NCBI GenBank assembly: GCA_002633005.1
Contig: NMRA01000655.1
Coordinates: 171,526-225,853, forward strand
Direction of reading: 5' to 3'
Length of the DNA: 54,328 bases
From: Phoronis australis
Lineage: Eukaryota > Animalia > Phoronida
Shown here: piece after piece, positions 12,857 through 24,139 of the stretch
How positions within the stretch are numbered: the first letter of the stretch is position 1
Layout of the letters: every line of letters begins with the position of its first letter
Notes under the pieces: model-generated
What the model saw: only the letters and a program-made list of their open reading frames with translations
Told to the model about the DNA's origin: nothing
Database searches by the model: none
Made by a program: the position numbers and the translations under genes

Positions 12857-12934
12857 TTCGTTTCAGTTGATGTACTTTATCAATTTTGTAAACATGAATG
12901 ATCATCGCAGACACTGGTTCCATGGACTTACAGA

Positions 12935-14327
12935 GTAAGTACCTTACTGAGTCACTTCACGTCACCTAGGTAAGTACCTTACTGAGTCACTTCACGTCAC
13001 CTAGGTAAGTACCTTACTGAGTCACTTCACGTCACCTAGGTAAGTACCTAACTGAGTCACTTCACGTCACCTAGGTAAGTACCTTACTGAGTCACTTCAC
13101 GTCACCTAGGTAAGTACCTTACTGAGTCACTTCACGTCACCTAGGTAAGTACCTTACTGAGTCACTTCACGTCACCTAGGTAAGTACCTTACTGAGTCAC
13201 TTCACGTCACCTAGGTAAGTACCTTACTGAGTCACTTCACGTCACCTAGGTAAGTACCTTACTGAGTCACTTCACGTCACCTAGGTAAGTACCTTACTGA
13301 GTCACTTCACGTCACCTAGGTAAGTACCTTACTGAGTCACTTCACGTCACCTAGGTAAGTACCTTACTGAGTCACTTCACGTCACCTAGGTAAGTACCTT
13401 ACTGAGTCACTTCACGTCACCTAGGTAAGTACCTTACTGAGTCACTTCACGTCACCTAGGTAAGTACCTTACTGAGTCACTTCACGTCACCTAGGTAAGT
13501 ACCTTACTGAGTCACTTCACGTCACCTAGGTAAGTACCTTACTGAGTCACTTCACGTCACCTAGGTAAGTACCTTACTGAGTCACTTCACGTCACCTAGG
13601 TAAGTACCTTACTGAGTCACTTCACGTCACCTAGGTAAGTACCTTACTGAGTCACTTCACGTCACCTAGGTAAGTACCTTACTGAGTCACTTCACGTCAC
13701 CTAGGTAAGTACCTTACTGAGTCACTTCACGTCACCTAGGTAAGTACCTTACTGAGTCACTTCACGTCACCTAGGTAAGTACCTTACTGAGTCACTTCAC
13801 GTCACCTAGGTAAGTACCTTACTGAGTCACTTCACGTCACCTAGGTAAGTACCTTACTGAGTCACTTCACGTCACCTAGGTAAGTACCTTACTGAGTCAC
13901 TTCACGTCACCTAGGTAAGTACCTTACTGAGTCACTTCACGTCACCTAGGTAAGTACCTTACTGAGTCACTTCACGTCACCTAGGTAAGTACCTTACTGA
14001 GTCACTTCACGTCACCTAGGTAAGTACCTTACTGAGTCACTTCACGTCACCTAGGTAAGTACCTTACTGAGTCACTTCACGTCACCTAGGTAAGTACCTT
14101 ACTGAGTCACTTCACGTCACCTAGGTAAGTACCTTACTGAGTCACTTCACGTCACCTAGGTAAGTACCTTACTGAGTCACTTCACGTCACCTAGGTAAGT
14201 ACCTTACTGAGTCACTTCACGTCACCTAGGTAAGTACCTTACTGAGTCACTTCACGTCACCTAGGTAAGTACCTTACTGAGTCACTTCACGTCACCTAGG
14301 TAAGTACCTTACTGAGTCACTTCACGT
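12935..14327. repeat. 35-bp tandem array, ~39.8 nearly identical copies of GTAAGTACCTTACTGAGTCACTTCACGTCACCTAG
   Basis: Read directly. I noticed one variant base (T>A at 13050). The array ends at an N (14328), so its true length is unknown. Confidence 0.97.
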
Positions 14328-14328
14328 N

Positions 14329-14621
14329 CAGTGGTAAAGCACGCGCGCTCTATCTGCCAGGCCGTGGGTTCGAGTTCGTGGTAAATGCAGTTTTTCATGT
14401 TTGAAACGTTCCCCGTTTTTTGTCTTGGATAATACTTCAGGAATCAAGGAAAATGTTTGATCTTTAGAGGAAAAATTAGAAAAATTTTCCTGGGCGGAAG
14501 GGGGCAAACCCCCCTCCCGACCTCCCCCCATTCGGTGCTATGCGCATCTAATCATGCTTTGCGCAAATGCTTTCAGACAAAATGTTGGGCCCCCCCTTGT
14601 GATATCCTAGATCCGCCACTG
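14329..14621. mobile_element. Partial hAT-like MITE (terminus gatatcctagatccgccactg)
   Basis: Nearly identical to 51420-51694 and to the reverse complement of 46272-46560. The left part is lost at the N. Confidence 0.75.
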
Positions 14622-14940
14622 TCATGGTGTTGTAAGTATTGTATTATGCTGATGTAAGTACTGTGTATCATGGTGATGTACATGTAAGTACTGTATCATG
14701 CTGATGTAAGTACTGTGTATCATGGTAATGTACATGTAAGTACTGTATCATGCTGATGTAAGTACTGTGTATCATGGTAATGTACATGTAAGTACTGTAT
14801 CATGCTGATGTAAGTACTGTGTATCATGGTAATGTACATGTAAGTACTGTATCATGCTGATGTAAGTGTATACTGTATCTTGGTGATGTAAGTACTGTAT
14901 CAATGGGATGTAAGTACTGTATCATGGTGGTGTAAGTAAG
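14622..14940. repeat. Minisatellite of alternating ~22/30-bp units (gtaagtactgtatcatgctgat / gtaagtactgtgtatcatggtaatgtacat)
   Basis: Read directly. Confidence 0.9.
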
Positions 14941-15689
14941 CCTCCTAATTATGGTGGTCATCGACGTTTCTGGTGTGCTACCAGTGCTCGCGCGTGCTCA
15001 TAGTCTAGTGGGGAAACTAACTCTTGTATTTCATTTTTTATGCGGATGGTCGGAATCCGTTTATGGGACGAGCCTATTTCGTGTGTATACTTTTGTCCGT
15101 GTATGGAAGTCGGTTATTTTCTTTTTATTACACAGTTCGAATATCCAAATATTTTAGTGAGACTGTCTGGGAAATAAAGGAATACTGTTTTAAAGAGTAC
15201 GAAAATATATAAAGCCAAGCCGTAAGACGACATAGGTATGATATACCCAACAAACATGGTGGTACTGGGTCGTCAGTGGTTTTCTACCATTTTCTACAGG
15301 CTACCACTTACACGGCACCGGTCCAATACCAGCCCAATGCTGGTGAGCCGGTACCCGCTTTGTAGTGGATTGCTAGAACTGGTCCGGCACTGGGTTTGTA
15401 GCAGTCTGTTCAGCCGTTCACAATACGCTTACTGGTGTCAACTTATCATTTAAATTCATGGTTTTACACCAATAAATTATCAAATTTCTATCTAAACCCC
15501 TTACAAATACATCCGAGTTCTTGAACAAAAGTGTTGTTTTATTTCACTGTTACCAGGAAGAGATAACCAGGAAGGGACAACTAGCTAAACCGCCGTTTTT
15601 GGCCTCCTTCCCCGGTCTAATTTCAGGACTTAAGTTTCGTTTAAAAAAAGGAAACAGATGATTTCATCAGAGAGATTAAAGCTTTTTCT

Positions 15690-16560
15690 ATAGAAGGATA
15701 TCAAAAAACTCACTTTGCAACCTTAAACAGTGGTGTAATTGTACTTTAAAAATATCGACTTCAGAGCACTCAATCGCAACTTCCCACACGCAGTCACGGG
15801 TATTTAAGCTTTTCCGTCGATGTATAGATGGCGCAGTAGTCAAGTACTCCCTCATTTGCATATCAAATTTGCATGTGGGAGTTCTGAGACTCTCGTCAGT
15901 TGTTGGTCGAGCGCTTGAGTGGATAAAGCGGTGACCTCCCACTGAGAGCACGCGCTGATGAAGATACCACTCGATCGCTTCGCAATCAGGAGGTGAAAAC
16001 ACTCTCATGACCGCAGTTCTGAATTCCAGCTAAGCAAGCCCTATTTCGAGGAGCGGACTTTGAATTGTTTTCGTCCCCTGACAGTGGATTGCAGAGATTA
16101 GAATGAGGTCAACATCAAACTTTCTGCGGCTACATGTCGTGTTGACAAAAGTTTGAAGTGTCAGAACCATAGACGGAGCGTGCGGGATGTCTATGATTCC
16201 TGTTCTTCAGTTGACGAAAACATTGCTATTGGCATAAAGAATGGCCGTGGGAAATTAATTTTGAGGTGGACACCTGTATCCAAGAATAAATATTAATACT
16301 CTGTAATATCTCATCCTCCGCGTTTCGTTTCTTTGACGCTGTTTGAGGTTGCGGTATCGTGAAACAACACTGTCGGGTGAGAGAAGTTGCACCGAATAAT
16401 TGGAATTGGCTGCAGTTCTTCCTTTAGAATGCCCGGACTCAACTGTGTCGTTTTCTTGGCAAGTCTCTTGCCTGCCGAAATTTTTCTGAGCATTGAAGAC
16501 ATCGGCCTTCTCTTGCGCCAATCAACCTTATATCTGCTCAGGCTACAAAAATGTTATGCC
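15690..16560 (-). pseudogene. Possible degenerate DNA-transposon coding remnant
   Basis: Coding-like fragments such as 'SNYSVQLLSPDSVVSRYRNLKQRQRNETRRMRYYR' resemble N-terminal parts of invertebrate P-element-like transposases. No catalytic motif seen. Confidence 0.25.
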
Positions 16561-17102
16561 TAATTTTCTACCATTTTAGCACACTTTGTGGTTCTGCTAC
16601 AGTTAGCACTGCCATAATCGTATTTCTTAATTCCGCCACAGTATGCATACTTGGAAGTTAGTTTTGCTAGGTGTTGTTCATCATTAAATGCCTCAAATTC
16701 CTTGACGCCATGGACATTTCCGTCAACACAAAACGCACCCTTGCCATTCTTAAAAATTCGTATATATGTGCTATAATTGCTTCAAAGGACCGGCAGTAAC
16801 CGTGGCTGGAATGTCGGTAGCTTCGCGACTAAGTATACAACTAACTCCTGTTGAAATTCTCCATACTTCCAAATTCTTGTTTGCAGGTGCTGGTAATTGC
16901 CTTCAATGGTTTTCATAATAAGAGACTAGAAATGCGAGTTGTCACTGCCTTACATTTTCACTGGCCACCTTGCTACAGTCGACTTGCGCAATAGCCGAAT
17001 TAGTGTCCACATTTGTGGTCACGTGCCGGATACAGGCCCATGAGACAAGTTGCAGCAACAAATTCAGTACGAATCTATAAACCCTTTTACACGCACAATT
17101 AA

Positions 17103-18398
17103 AGGTGAAAGCAACCTTTTTTCATGTCACTTTTAGCACAAATAAGGTTCGTTGATTATCCCAGACACATTTTTCACTTAATTGCAACTTTTCGTAATTT
17201 GATTAATTTCTCGTCATCTACTCCGGAAGTGACGTTTGGGGAGGCAAGAGTTTCGCGCCAATTTCTTTTCATTATAGTCTGACTGTGAGAGCTGTCGAGT
17301 GAGTCATTGTTCTACCTCGGTTGTGATCAGTTCGGTCGTCGTTTGCTTTTGTTTACAAGTCAGTCAACATGCCACGTCTCACACGCGCTTTGGGTACCTT
17401 GCGTCGCTTTCCGAAGGATGACACACTTCGCGTACTTGGCTAGCTCGTTCATGTGAAGAACGCAGAGTTACCCGTCCACGCAACGTACAAAGCAGTGGAG
17501 GGTTACCGAGTGTGTGGCAAGCATTGTCTGCCGTCAGATTATGACAGATATGCACGCTGAATTGATGAAGGTCCCTGCAAAACAACGCCTTAAGAAGGGT
17601 ACCATACCGTCGCTGTCGATTCCCGGCAGTGCCCCGTCGCCAACCCCGAGAAGTGCGTTTTTGAAGCGAGAAGCCTTGGGAGCTGTGGCCACTATATACA
17701 CTGACTGGAGGCACTTCATCTGCTGTCACCCGTGCCTCCGAACGTACCCCATTGCGTGCAATTTCGGAAACTAGCAGTGATTCGCCCTGTGCTGTTGTCT
17801 CTGAGCCCAGAGCCTGTAAGCAGTCCTGCAGCGATGTTGAGTAGTGGGAGTGAATACAGGCCCAGTTCGACACCCAGTGAAGAGGACAGTTCGTCATCCA
17901 ATGAACAGATCGGTGAGCCTAAGTTTGATAAGTTTATTGTGGACTTGTATTGGAGCTATTTGGAAGGTGCCAGGTGTGTGGCGAGGGAGTCACACGGCGG
18001 GATGCAAGCAATTTGGGTGCTCAGATCACTCTTCAGTGGGAGTGTGTCGCGGGACACTCGGGCAAGTGGGACAGTTCTTACTCTGTACGTGAGACAATAA
18101 TGAGTACACCCCAGTACGCAGCAACAGCGTGGCATGTTGACTGACTCCTAAGCAAAAGCAAACGACGACCGAACTTATCACAACCGAGGTAGAACAATGA
18201 CTGACTCGACTGCTCTCAGTCAGACTATATGAAAAGAAATTGGCGCGAAATTCTTGCCTCCCAAAACGTCACTTCCGGAGTAGACAACGAGTAATCAATT
18301 AAATTACGAAAAGCAGTAAATAAGTGAAAAATATGTCTGGGATAATCAACGAACCTTATTTTTGCTAAAAATGACATGAAAAAAGGTTGCCTTCGCCT
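17103..18398 (+). mobile_element. Non-autonomous Kolobok-like DNA transposon, copy 1 (degenerate THAP ORF on +)
   Basis: TTAA at 17099-17102 and 18399-18402, AGG...CCT termini, and ~300-bp TIRs. THAP pieces (FPKDDTLRTW, RVCGKH, RLKKGTIPSL) are followed by CQVC...CVAGHSGKWDSS. Confidence 0.8.
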
Positions 18399-19743
18399 TT
18401 AAACGCGCAAAACTGATACTGTATTTCTTAAACCTTTAATTCAATGCTCAAGCTATACAACGAATGCGTGTTGAAACACAACATTGACCTTGGACCAACG
18501 ATGGACTCCTTGCATCAGGACCTTAGTAAGCGGGGGGAGGGCGAGTGCCACCCCAAAAAATTTGCATGCCTCAGGGTCAAACCATGGCAACCGACAAAGG
18601 TGTGGGGCTGGGGAAAGACAAAAAAGAAAGACTTCGAATACTGATCAGAGCGAAAATTCAAGAGAACATTGACAACTCGGTATCAGTGTATGGCTTACCA
18701 TTTGAGGGCCCTGGCCAGGACAATTGTTGGGTCTCCGTTTTTGCAGCATAGGTCGTCTAAGTGCCCTTGAAAATGTGCACTTAATCATTCATACATGTAT
18801 TTCGAAAATTCGAGAAAATTTGTAAAGCAAAAGTTTTTCGGAGCGTATTAATTCAGTCCAAGTTTTCCAGTGGTCCATAGGCGGTGCACTACAGGGGGGC
18901 TGAGGGGGCTTTAGCCCTCACTTTTTTCAGTACTGCGCCTTCTGTAAACCTCCGGCATGACACTACCAACTACTCATGAGGGGAAGTTGAGATTCCAAAT
19001 TCATCAAAAACACAAAACATTCGTGCACAGCACAGAAGCTGTCTTGTAAGAAATGGCGATGCGTCACTGAACTTAGTTGAAGCCTGAAGGCAAAAATTCG
19101 ATCCATCATCTGACCACCATATCGCAAAGAAGGACCCTAAACGATAACAGGGGTATTTCTTGAATGTGGGGCAGCTCTAAATGCTTTATTGAATTAAAAA
19201 CTAGACTAATGAAATTCAAAAATTTACAAACCGTAGATCAAAAAAGAAGTTCAAGTCATTGCTCATAAATTTGGAAAGATTGTCTTTGCACTTCCTTGAT
19301 GCTTGTAGTTCCCAGTATTGTGCAATGAATTTAGGTTCTTCTAGACCGAATCGTTTGCTTGCCATTCCCGTGCACACTGCAAAGGCTGGACACGTTGTGA
19401 CTCAGTGGCGCACCCACGTTAAAAATAAGGTGTAGTCATGCAGTAGAATCCGCGCACAGTGATTGACGGGAAAAGAACTTGAACTGCACTGAGGGGTTGA
19501 AGTGTGTGCATTTTTTGGGACACGCGTTCATTTTCCCAGCCGCCCTGCAGAAGCTGGACCAGTGACCGTGTTTCAACAAGGAATTTTGATACAGCTCTAT
19601 AGGCCAAGGATTTCGGGATCATATCTTTCCAAAAAATCTTCAGGAAATGACCGTATTAAAATGAACTTTTCCCGAAACTGGGTCAAAAAACGACCTTGGA
19701 GCCAGAACACGGGTATAGGTTCGAGTTAAGCCGCACGTCTCAA

Positions 19744-19852
19744 ATGAATCATAGCGGAGCTGACCAGCGACTAGCATTAGTTCGTCGAATTGCGCATGAA
19801 TCATAGCAGAGCTGACCAGCGACTAGCATTAGTTCGTCGAATTGCGCATGAA
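19744..19852. repeat. Tandem duplication of 52 bp
   Basis: atgaatcatagc(g/a)gagctgaccagcgactagcattagttcgtcgaattgcgc x2. Confidence 0.85.
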
Positions 19853-22800
19853 TGGATCAGACTTCCCGGCGACGCCACGACACCGGCCACCGTGGCGGGA
19901 GCAGCTAATTTCTTGACTAACACCTGCTTCTAAATCTGGATTTAAGCAAAATGACGAAGTCCACGCATACACACATGCAAACGTATCCAAATACAATTAA
20001 ATGTATTTTCATGTGAAACCATTCAATGTCCTTTGAACATTGACTTGCATGATGAGTTCTTCATTTTCTTAGATCTGCCCAGTCAGATAGAACTGCGTTT
20101 CAAGTCATTCACTATAAGGCACTCGAGGGTTCAAATTGGAAGCTCGCGCCGTATGACGTCGTATGACGTAGACGATGCGAGCCTCATTTGCATATATTAG
20201 TGACATCTGTTGGTTCAAAAAAGAGGATCGTGCCCGAGTACATGCCTGGGAAGAGGCATCTTTTGGAAGGGTACAACAAGTCATGTTCAAAGCATCCCAG
20301 TGCCATTAATATGAAGTCTTTGGGGACAAAAGTGGTGTCATTTTATAGCTAAAGAGTTAAGCTTTCAAACACAATGCTTGGATTCCAGACTACTTTAACA
20401 TTTACTTTTGAAATCACCTTTGAAAATACGTTAAAATGCGCTAAAACAGTTGTCCCTTCCTGGTTATCTCTTCCTGATGCTACGTTATATTCGTGTTTAA
20501 TGTCATTGTTCTTGTTTCATGTATCATACACGACAGCGTTTATGATTTTAAATTTATTTGCCTTGGACGACTGAAGTCTAGTCTAAGTACAGTAACTGTT
20601 TTATTATGAAATGTTTTGTACAGTGATTTATTTTATATATACTCATACATGTATATTTGTGTTCGTGATGCGACTTACACTCAGCGATCCACTATTTCAA
20701 CTGGCATCTGAAGAAAAACATTTATGTAGACAATACGAAAGTCTGTTGAACAAGTCATCTAAGGCCAACAGCTTACTTTTCAATGAAACATGTATGTATA
20801 TGTATATATATATATATTTCAAATATCAAGGCCACAGGCCCAAAGTAAAGTTTCAAACAAAATGACAACAGAGAGGCACATTTAAAATTACTTCTTAACA
20901 CAATGGTGATCTCTGGCAAAAGGCTAAATGATGTTTTTGTTACCAGTAAGATTGTTCTTGCACATGTTAATAACCTCTGACAATAAGGTCAAGAGAATTT
21001 TTGTCCGCTATTATCACCCATGGTTAAATACAAAATAAACTCAACGGTTGCAACGGGAACCCTCACGATTGGCAAAGGGGCAACAGTACCAGTGGTACAA
21101 TAAACTCTCTGTTTATCTACAAGCGTTGGTCCTCATTCTACCCGTGCCACGACACATTTCAGGACCCTTGATTCCGACTTTTACCAATTAGGGTGCCTAC
21201 AAGTTAAACACATGCCGTTTTCCGAATATACATGTCCGTTCTGGGGCTTACTATCAGTTTCCCAGAACAATGAGAAATGTTCTTCCACTTCTACATTTCT
21301 CAATGGATTTCGACAAACGTTCTACAATAATATCGGCATTTCACGACTTGGCCATATGCGTATTTGCATCAATTGCGGCCCCTTCTTGGTTTCCATGCGT
21401 ATTTACAAAATGAAAAAAATCGTTTTCAAATGAAAATGCAATCTTTTGCATTGAGTTTGAGTGCAAGATAACTCTCTTGATGTACCCTGAACTATGTTAA
21501 GCAGACAGACATTGCACGAGTGCACCCTAGATTACAACCTGACATATACATGTAACTGGATTTTTGCTCATGCCATTTTTGACTCGGTTGCTAAAAAGAA
21601 GTTAGGCATTTGGGCACTTCAAAGGGGCTATATACCAGGGTTGGACCAAGAATGGAACTACTTATTAAGACCACTCATGGGAAGTGATTGTTGTGTTTGC
21701 AAAGAATTGACCTATCGCAAGCTCTGCCCCCTTGCAAAATGTGGACAAACAAACAATAAATTTTACTGGGCAACGAGTTGTTTGTGGGGTAAAATGATGA
21801 CATGAGAACGAAGGTGTGTCAAGAATGCTGCGTTGTGATTGGTCAGTTAAGCCGTCACTCCAACCCCTGAGGATAGGTCAATGAAACATGCTTGGTTCAT
21901 CAAATGAAAATCCTTAACAAACCTGATCTCATGCGATAATGAACTGTCACTCTTTCTAAAATTACATGAAATTTGAACAAAGAAATACTTCGAGATCAAT
22001 TTGATAACCAAAACTTGGTTCTGTGATGGAAGGTGACATTGTAGTCGCTTTAAGAGAAACAATCACACTGCAAAGTCAAATCCAAGCACCAAAAAATCAA
22101 AATACCCTCGGAGAGGGCACTCCTCAAAGGGGCAGCCACTTCTCAAGTGGAAGAACATTCGAGCACTGTATCTGAGCGTGTCACATCGCATTGGTTTGGG
22201 TATAAAGCCATGGGCTTTTGTATCTGTGCCAGTTATAAACAGGGCTGGTCTAATATAATCCTGGTCAATTATGGTTAACTGACATTAAATTTCTAAGCGC
22301 AGTGACATTCTAGTTAGTTCTAAAACAATTGACTCGACAAACTCTACAACAATGGTCTACATAAATCCCACCAGCCATGTAACACTAGAACAGTCGAGGA
22401 CAGCACTATAGAATAAACAAAACGACCCAGTCAACACTTAAAATATCACAACTAAAAATCTATTGCATTGGTTATACAAACCCATCACCAACACAGTTCA
22501 AAAGTGAACAAATTTTACATAACAAAATGCTGCTTTCAAATTATGCTTCACAAAGGGCCAACTCCACTTAAATGAACGCTTATGCTCAGGCTATTCATAA
22601 AGTTTCTTAAAACACTGCAGTATTTGCCAAAGATTTAATTTTGGTCACTAAGAAAGCACTGCCAAAAGCCACATAACCCTAGTTCAAATAATGTCGGCAA
22701 GATAAATGGCGAAACAAACATAATCAAATAAGCAGGTACATGTTAACTCTAGGATTTCGTAAATAATTCCACTGATTATCAGTATTATTAAATATAATCT

Positions 22801-23651
22801 ATCATTGTATTGGTATTTTAAACATGTTAAACGTGACTGAATACATTCCACATGAAGCAGTGTCAACTTCAGGAAAATAATAAGTGCACCTCTCACCTGA
22901 CAACATATGTCATTGTTTCAAGTGTAGACTATAGAACCCTCTGTCTACAGAAATGTCTCACTGATTAACAAAAGATAAAATAAACATCTTCCTTCGATAA
23001 GCTATCAGGAACCCAGGGGTAAAGCTTCAAATCCCCTGTATATTGAGTTACTAAGGCAACAAACTGATGTCAGCCCAAGTAAAACACCTAAGGGCAACAG
23101 GACCTTTACGGTATCAATGCCCTCACACAGTCAAATAAAAACCATGAAGAATATCATAGGCAGGTGACACTCCATGTTGAAGTCAACACCTCATGACTTC
23201 CTTCCTTATCAAGTTCCGATCTCTGTCACCGACATCATCAGAGATGAGGGCTGTATTCTGTGAAACAAATTTCTTGCGAGCAAACAAGAACACACAGAAT
23301 CAGACCAGTGAATGCCGACCTTCCTCAAATACAGAGAAGTAGATGATTGGTCGGCGATGCTGGAGTGTTGAACTGTGGAAGTAGTAGGTAAAATGCTACT
23401 ATCATTCCATCAGCCAGCATAAGTGTCTTGTGAGGATCTTGTAGTTACTGAACGGATTCCAGATTTCACATGTAGCTCACGTGCACCAACACTGCCATTT
23501 GACAACATGCCGTGGGTCTTCACTATTGCACATAGAGCTTTGAAGCACCGCACAAAATTTCGCCCTGAAGAATCTTTCAACACCCTTTAAAAAATATGTG
23601 ATTGAAAATCCACACTACTTGCCTATTGCACAGGCCCTGTCCGAGAATGTT

Positions 23652-23765
23652 TCATAATATTGCTGTGGTAGAGTGCTGCAGTAAAGTCCTCTGTGACGTG
23701 GATGGATAGATGCAAAACAGGAGCAGCTGTATCACCGTGAAGAAGAACCCGATTAAATTTGGAAC
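23652..23765 (-). CDS. SLC50A1: SLC50A1 last coding exon (VPNLIGFFFTVIQLLLFCIYPSTSQRTLLQHSTTAIL*)
   Basis: cctgcag acceptor, TM7 VPN motif, TGA stop. Confidence 0.9.
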   Translation of the reverse strand, partial: VPNLIGFFFTVIQLLLFCIYPSTSQRTLLQHSTTAIL

Positions 23766-24139
23766 CTGCAGGATAATTCAAATACAAGCAGACGTTACAC
23801 CGAAATCTCTTGCAGGCAAAAACACTGAGTAACTTCTAAAACAAAATGAACTGTGTCAATAGTTGGCAAAGTTTGAATGCTCCTGAACCATTACAACAGC
23901 AATCAGTTTGAACTCTTATCAAAATCTGAATTTCAGTTGCCCTTGACAAACTGCCTAATATACCAGAGATACGGCCAGGTGCCAATAGTGTCAAATCAAT
24001 CTGTAAAACTAGGTGAGACAACAGTAAAACTTAGTGGTGCCAAAACTTACACCTCATAGTTAAATGATTTGGAATATTCAATAAGACCAATTAGAATATT
24101 TCTTGATTTTGAACTTTTGAATGCAACACAGTAGAGATG

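Noticed and set aside
12935-14327. CRISPR array
   Set aside because: Units are contiguous and identical with no unique spacers; eukaryotic context and no cas genes.
14329-14395. Functional tRNA gene
   Set aside because: No complete cloverleaf or acceptor stem; embedded in a dispersed repeat.
17379-17897. 172-aa minus-strand ORF
   Set aside because: Antisense to the degenerate THAP ORF; not kept as a single ORF in the second copy.
23836-24021. Alternative last SWEET exon
   Set aside because: Lacks the VPN/QL..YP motifs; 23652-23765 fits exactly.
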